Positions 60,481 through 64,000 of a DNA stretch of 64,000 bases are shown here, piece after piece. The DNA lies in the NCBI RefSeq assembly GCF_024521635.1, contig NW_026250405.1, positions 496,001-560,000 of the forward strand, in the 5' to 3' direction. Each line of letters starts with the position of its first letter. Positions within the stretch are counted from its first letter, which is position 1. The DNA comes from Tricharina praecox (taxonomy: Eukaryota). The notes under the pieces are model-generated. The model worked only from the letters and a program-made list of their open reading frames with translations. It searched no databases and was not told the origin of the DNA. The position numbers and the translations under genes were made by a program.

Positions 60481-62885
60481 GTCCGTAGCCATTTTGTTCA
60501 TGTCCCTATCCGTAGTCAGTCCGTATCTCAACCCGCGTAGAATAGAGTACCTACTATACTACACTATATCTCTCGCGAGTCTCGCCCACATGTCCGATGT
60601 CGTCGCGCGCCGTACCGTGCTGTGCAGTCGCAGTGCTATCTAGAGTACTAGTAGGTGACGAACCCTCGGGAACCGATCAGCGATCAGCGCGGCGCTGCGC
60701 GACGTCCCGGAGCCGAAGCCCCTCTCCCAGAGTCCCAGGACCCACACACCAGTAGCCTCCCAGCCCAGCCAGCCCAGCCCAGCCGATAACCTTTGTAGAG
60801 TAGGTAGAGTAGAGTACTTGGCAGAATCGCTTACGCCCCCGTCGATGCGATCGATCATCGCCCGAGACCCCCCACCCCCCACCCCTCCTCCCCCCACCCT
60901 CCCTCCCCTCCCCGCGGGCCCCCTCCCGAGCCCGAGCCCGAAAGAAGCGGCGTGGCAGTCCGTGGAGTGCACTCGCGCCGATGCATCGACGGTCTGACGC
61001 CCTGAGGTCGAGTGCGCAAACGAAACGAATCGGTGCGGGATGAAGCGGAATGGAATCGAAAGGAATGGCGGGTGGAGACGGGGTGCGATGTATCACATTC
61101 CCAGGCAGTTGCTGCGTACTCAACACAACCAGGTACCGTAGAGGGTAGTTAGCAGCGCCGACTATGCCGAGCATGAGAACGAGCACAGACACGGACACAG
61201 CCACAGACAGACACGGGCACAGCACGGGCACGTGAGCGCATAAGTCTCAGATCGAAGACCTGTTCGCCGCCCTAAGCCGACTTACTAGAGCAGAGTAGAG
61301 TGGGCGGCAGTAGCTACGAGGAAGCCGCAGAAGCAGCAGCATGAGAAGATGGAGAAGATGAAGCAGTACATACATACTAAGGATAGTAATCGTGACTCGG
61401 CGGAACCGCCATCGTGGGCGGCTATACCGTACATATGCGTACCAACAGCTACAGCTGCCTACAGGCGACAGCTATGTACGGCGACAGTTACAGCCACATA
61501 CCGCTACAGCTACACCTACATACAAGCAACAAGCAACAGCTGCATCCGCTGGTTAGAATTTGCGGCCGCAGGCCACAGTTGCAGCCGGATCGACGGGGCG
61601 GGAGTCGGGACGGGACGTCTCGCCGCGTCACTCGCCCACCCGCTATGTACTCTACATGCATCCTAGTACTCTACCAACTAGTATCTACACAGCTAGAGCA
61701 TCTACACACCCAGCTAGCCAACTGTGCATCCGGAGGACCGGAGACGGCTCGATCGAACCCTTGAAAGTCGCACCTCCGTAATCCACACCTTGGCAGTCAA
61801 CCGTCTTCGGCCCTGGACTCTGGAGTTGTGCCATACCGCAGCCCCACACTCCGCACCCCACTCCACTCCACTCCACTCCCCGTGATGTCAAAGCGAGGCC
61901 AAAGCCACCCGCGCCGAGACGGAGTGAGGGACGGTACAGTGCGGTACGGTATGTACACACGGTACTCTACGGTTCTTCGTCGCCCGGGCCTAACTAACTA
62001 ACCAAAACGCAAGTGGCACGTGGCGCACACTCCGAACGGAACATTCGGGGATCGTCCCTCTAGACTTCTAGACTTCTAGACTTCCATGAAGTTCTTCTTT
62101 TTTGTTTGCTGTCTCGTTTCCCCTGTCTGTAGATCCTAGAGGATGTGTCACACACATGACCATGATCATAGGTAGAGTAGAGTAGCTCTGCTCAGGGATG
62201 TTTGGGGTCGGGATTGCAGCTTGGGGTCGACGTCGCGCAGTGGGCAGACCAGGAGCCGGAGCTAGGTATCTCGTCTACCTAGGTAGGTTGTTGAGCACTT
62301 GACGCCCCGAAAGCACACGAGCAAACCGACCGACCGGCACACACACACGAGCAAACAGACACACGAGCAAACGAACTCGTATCATGTAAATCTCGGTCAT
62401 CAATTGACCAGACCATGATAGAGTCTGGGATGATTTCCATACAGTGCCGATAAGGAATAAGGAAGGCCACATCCCAAGAGGAAGAAAAAAAAGAAGAAGA
62501 AGAAAACAATGACAAGCCAACGGCCGCAATGTGCCGCATACACAAACACCACCCAACTCCCAAATCCTAAGAAACCATATCGCCAGCAAGAAAGGCGGTC
62601 TTCGATCCCACCAACAACGCGCTATCGCTCGCATAGTAGTAGTAGTAGCAATAGCAATAGTAGTAGCACCAAGCAGACACGTACGCGTGAAACATTTCGA
62701 AGGAAGAGAAACCTACAATGGAGGTTAGGACGTGTAATGGGGGGATTTGGGGGGGAGTGCAACATACCAATCATCCCTCGATTCGTTGTCCCCCCTCTTA
62801 CTCCCTCTTCCCCCAACCCCACACGTCCTTGTGGTTCTCCCCTGCCGATAGGTACACCACCTCCGCCGCCGCCGTCGCTGCCCAC

Positions 62886-63158
62886 CTAGTATCCGCCATA
62901 CCGAGCGCGGTGGGCACGGACCCACGAGTCGTACTTCTCTCGGAACTCGGCCTCGCTCTGTGTCCGCTCGAGCTCATCGTCGCGTGCGCTCTGGAGTGTT
63001 TGCCGAAGCGAGGCCCAGACGGTTGTGAAGACGCCGATCGATCCGAGAAAGAGCAGGAGCTGTGGTACCGAGCGAGGCATTCTTGTGGTGGTGGCGATGA
63101 TGTTGAAGCCTAGCATGTTGGTAGCAGAAGAGGAGAAGGATGCCGCGGCGTTCAGCAT
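62886..63158 (-). CDS. Small hypothetical single-pass membrane protein
   Basis: 90 aa ORF with CACAATG context, hydrophobic stretch LLLFLGSIGVFTTVWASL and charged helical C-terminus; family not recognised. Confidence 0.5.
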   Translation of the reverse strand: MLNAAASFSSSATNMLGFNIIATTTRMPRSVPQLLLFLGSIGVFTTVWASLRQTLQSARDDELERTQSEAEFREKYDSWVRAHRARYGGY

Positions 63159-64000
63159 TGTGGAAGAGGACAGAACTTTGGAAGGATGGTAAAGTTAGTT
63201 TGTTGGGCGGAGGCTGTTGTTTAGCTTCGATCTGGCTGGCTCGCTGTTTTTTCCGTAGTGCTGTTGAACTAGACTAGCTTTCGGAACAAGTAACCACGTC
63301 AAAGGATTGTGGTCGTGTGAGACAAGGGCGAAGGTTGCTAAGTAGCTGCTGCTTCGTCTGCGCTGTTCTTGATGAACGGGATTCTGTAATGAGGAAGAGT
63401 GATAGTGACAATGGCAGCAGCAGCGGTTGTGGTTATAGTTATGTTGGTGGTGGTGATTTAGGAGGATTTAAGACCGTTAAGAGCGGGAGATGTTTTTGTG
63501 GGTGATGGTTGACGTGACGGGGGGCAGACGGTTGATTATTTAATATGCCGACTTTCCGCTGGGCTGAGTGTGGGTGGAGAGATCGAGAGAGATAAATAGG
63601 CAAGTGGGCACGCGACACTAGATGCTGTGGCCATTAATTAGCGGTCAGCCCTGAATCCCTTCTTCACTATCGCCAGCATCTGGTTGGACCCTCACCTCTG
63701 GCCGTGCAGGCAAACGATACTTGTCAACTTTTGGTTGACGTAGCTGTGTGTGCCGATTGGCGCTGGCCGTAGGTTGTCGTTGTTGGAGCCTATCGTTATG
63801 GCTCCGCTGGTAGTGCCGGGGGAAGGGAATTGCGGATGGTGATGAGGCCGATTCGATGATGTCGCTGTAGTAGTGGAAGGGGACGCAGACACGTATGCAA
63901 GGGCCAAAGAATTGTAAAGCTGTAGTAGATCTGAAACGAAGTCTAGGATGGGTGGTGGTGATGGTAGTGGCGGTGGTGGTAGCAGGTAATGGGGGATGTT

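Overview
Eukaryotic, intron-containing DNA from a filamentous ascomycete (GT-AG introns of about 45-200 nt with CTRAC branch points; Pezizomycotina, possibly Pezizales, taxon not certain). The first 30 kb is gene-rich: 5' part of an OSGIN-like FAD oxidoreductase, tandem BTB/POZ protein, SAP18, complex I NDUFB4/B15, a secreted Cys-rich protein, an F-box-like protein, sulfiredoxin, a MIF/tautomerase-like protein, CENP-X/Mhf2, a GPI-type cupredoxin, an intron-containing tRNA-Leu(AAG) and a hypothetical protein. About 21 kb of microsatellite-rich DNA without recognisable protein genes (29.8-51.0 kb) precedes a C2H2 zinc-finger transcription factor. After it come an AhpD/CMD-like gene, a secreted intradiol dioxygenase gene with an in-frame TAG, and a small membrane-protein ORF. 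The most notable unexplained signal is a diverged non-coding element present twice in opposite orientation (about 32.45-33.89 kb + and 56.29-57.92 kb -). Each copy carries a ~150 nt Pol III-type unit (TATA, A box, B box, hairpins with compensatory changes, T-run). The homologous blocks are circularly permuted between copies, and one copy has 722 bp between the arms of a palindrome that is empty in the other. All alignments and translations were done by eye.
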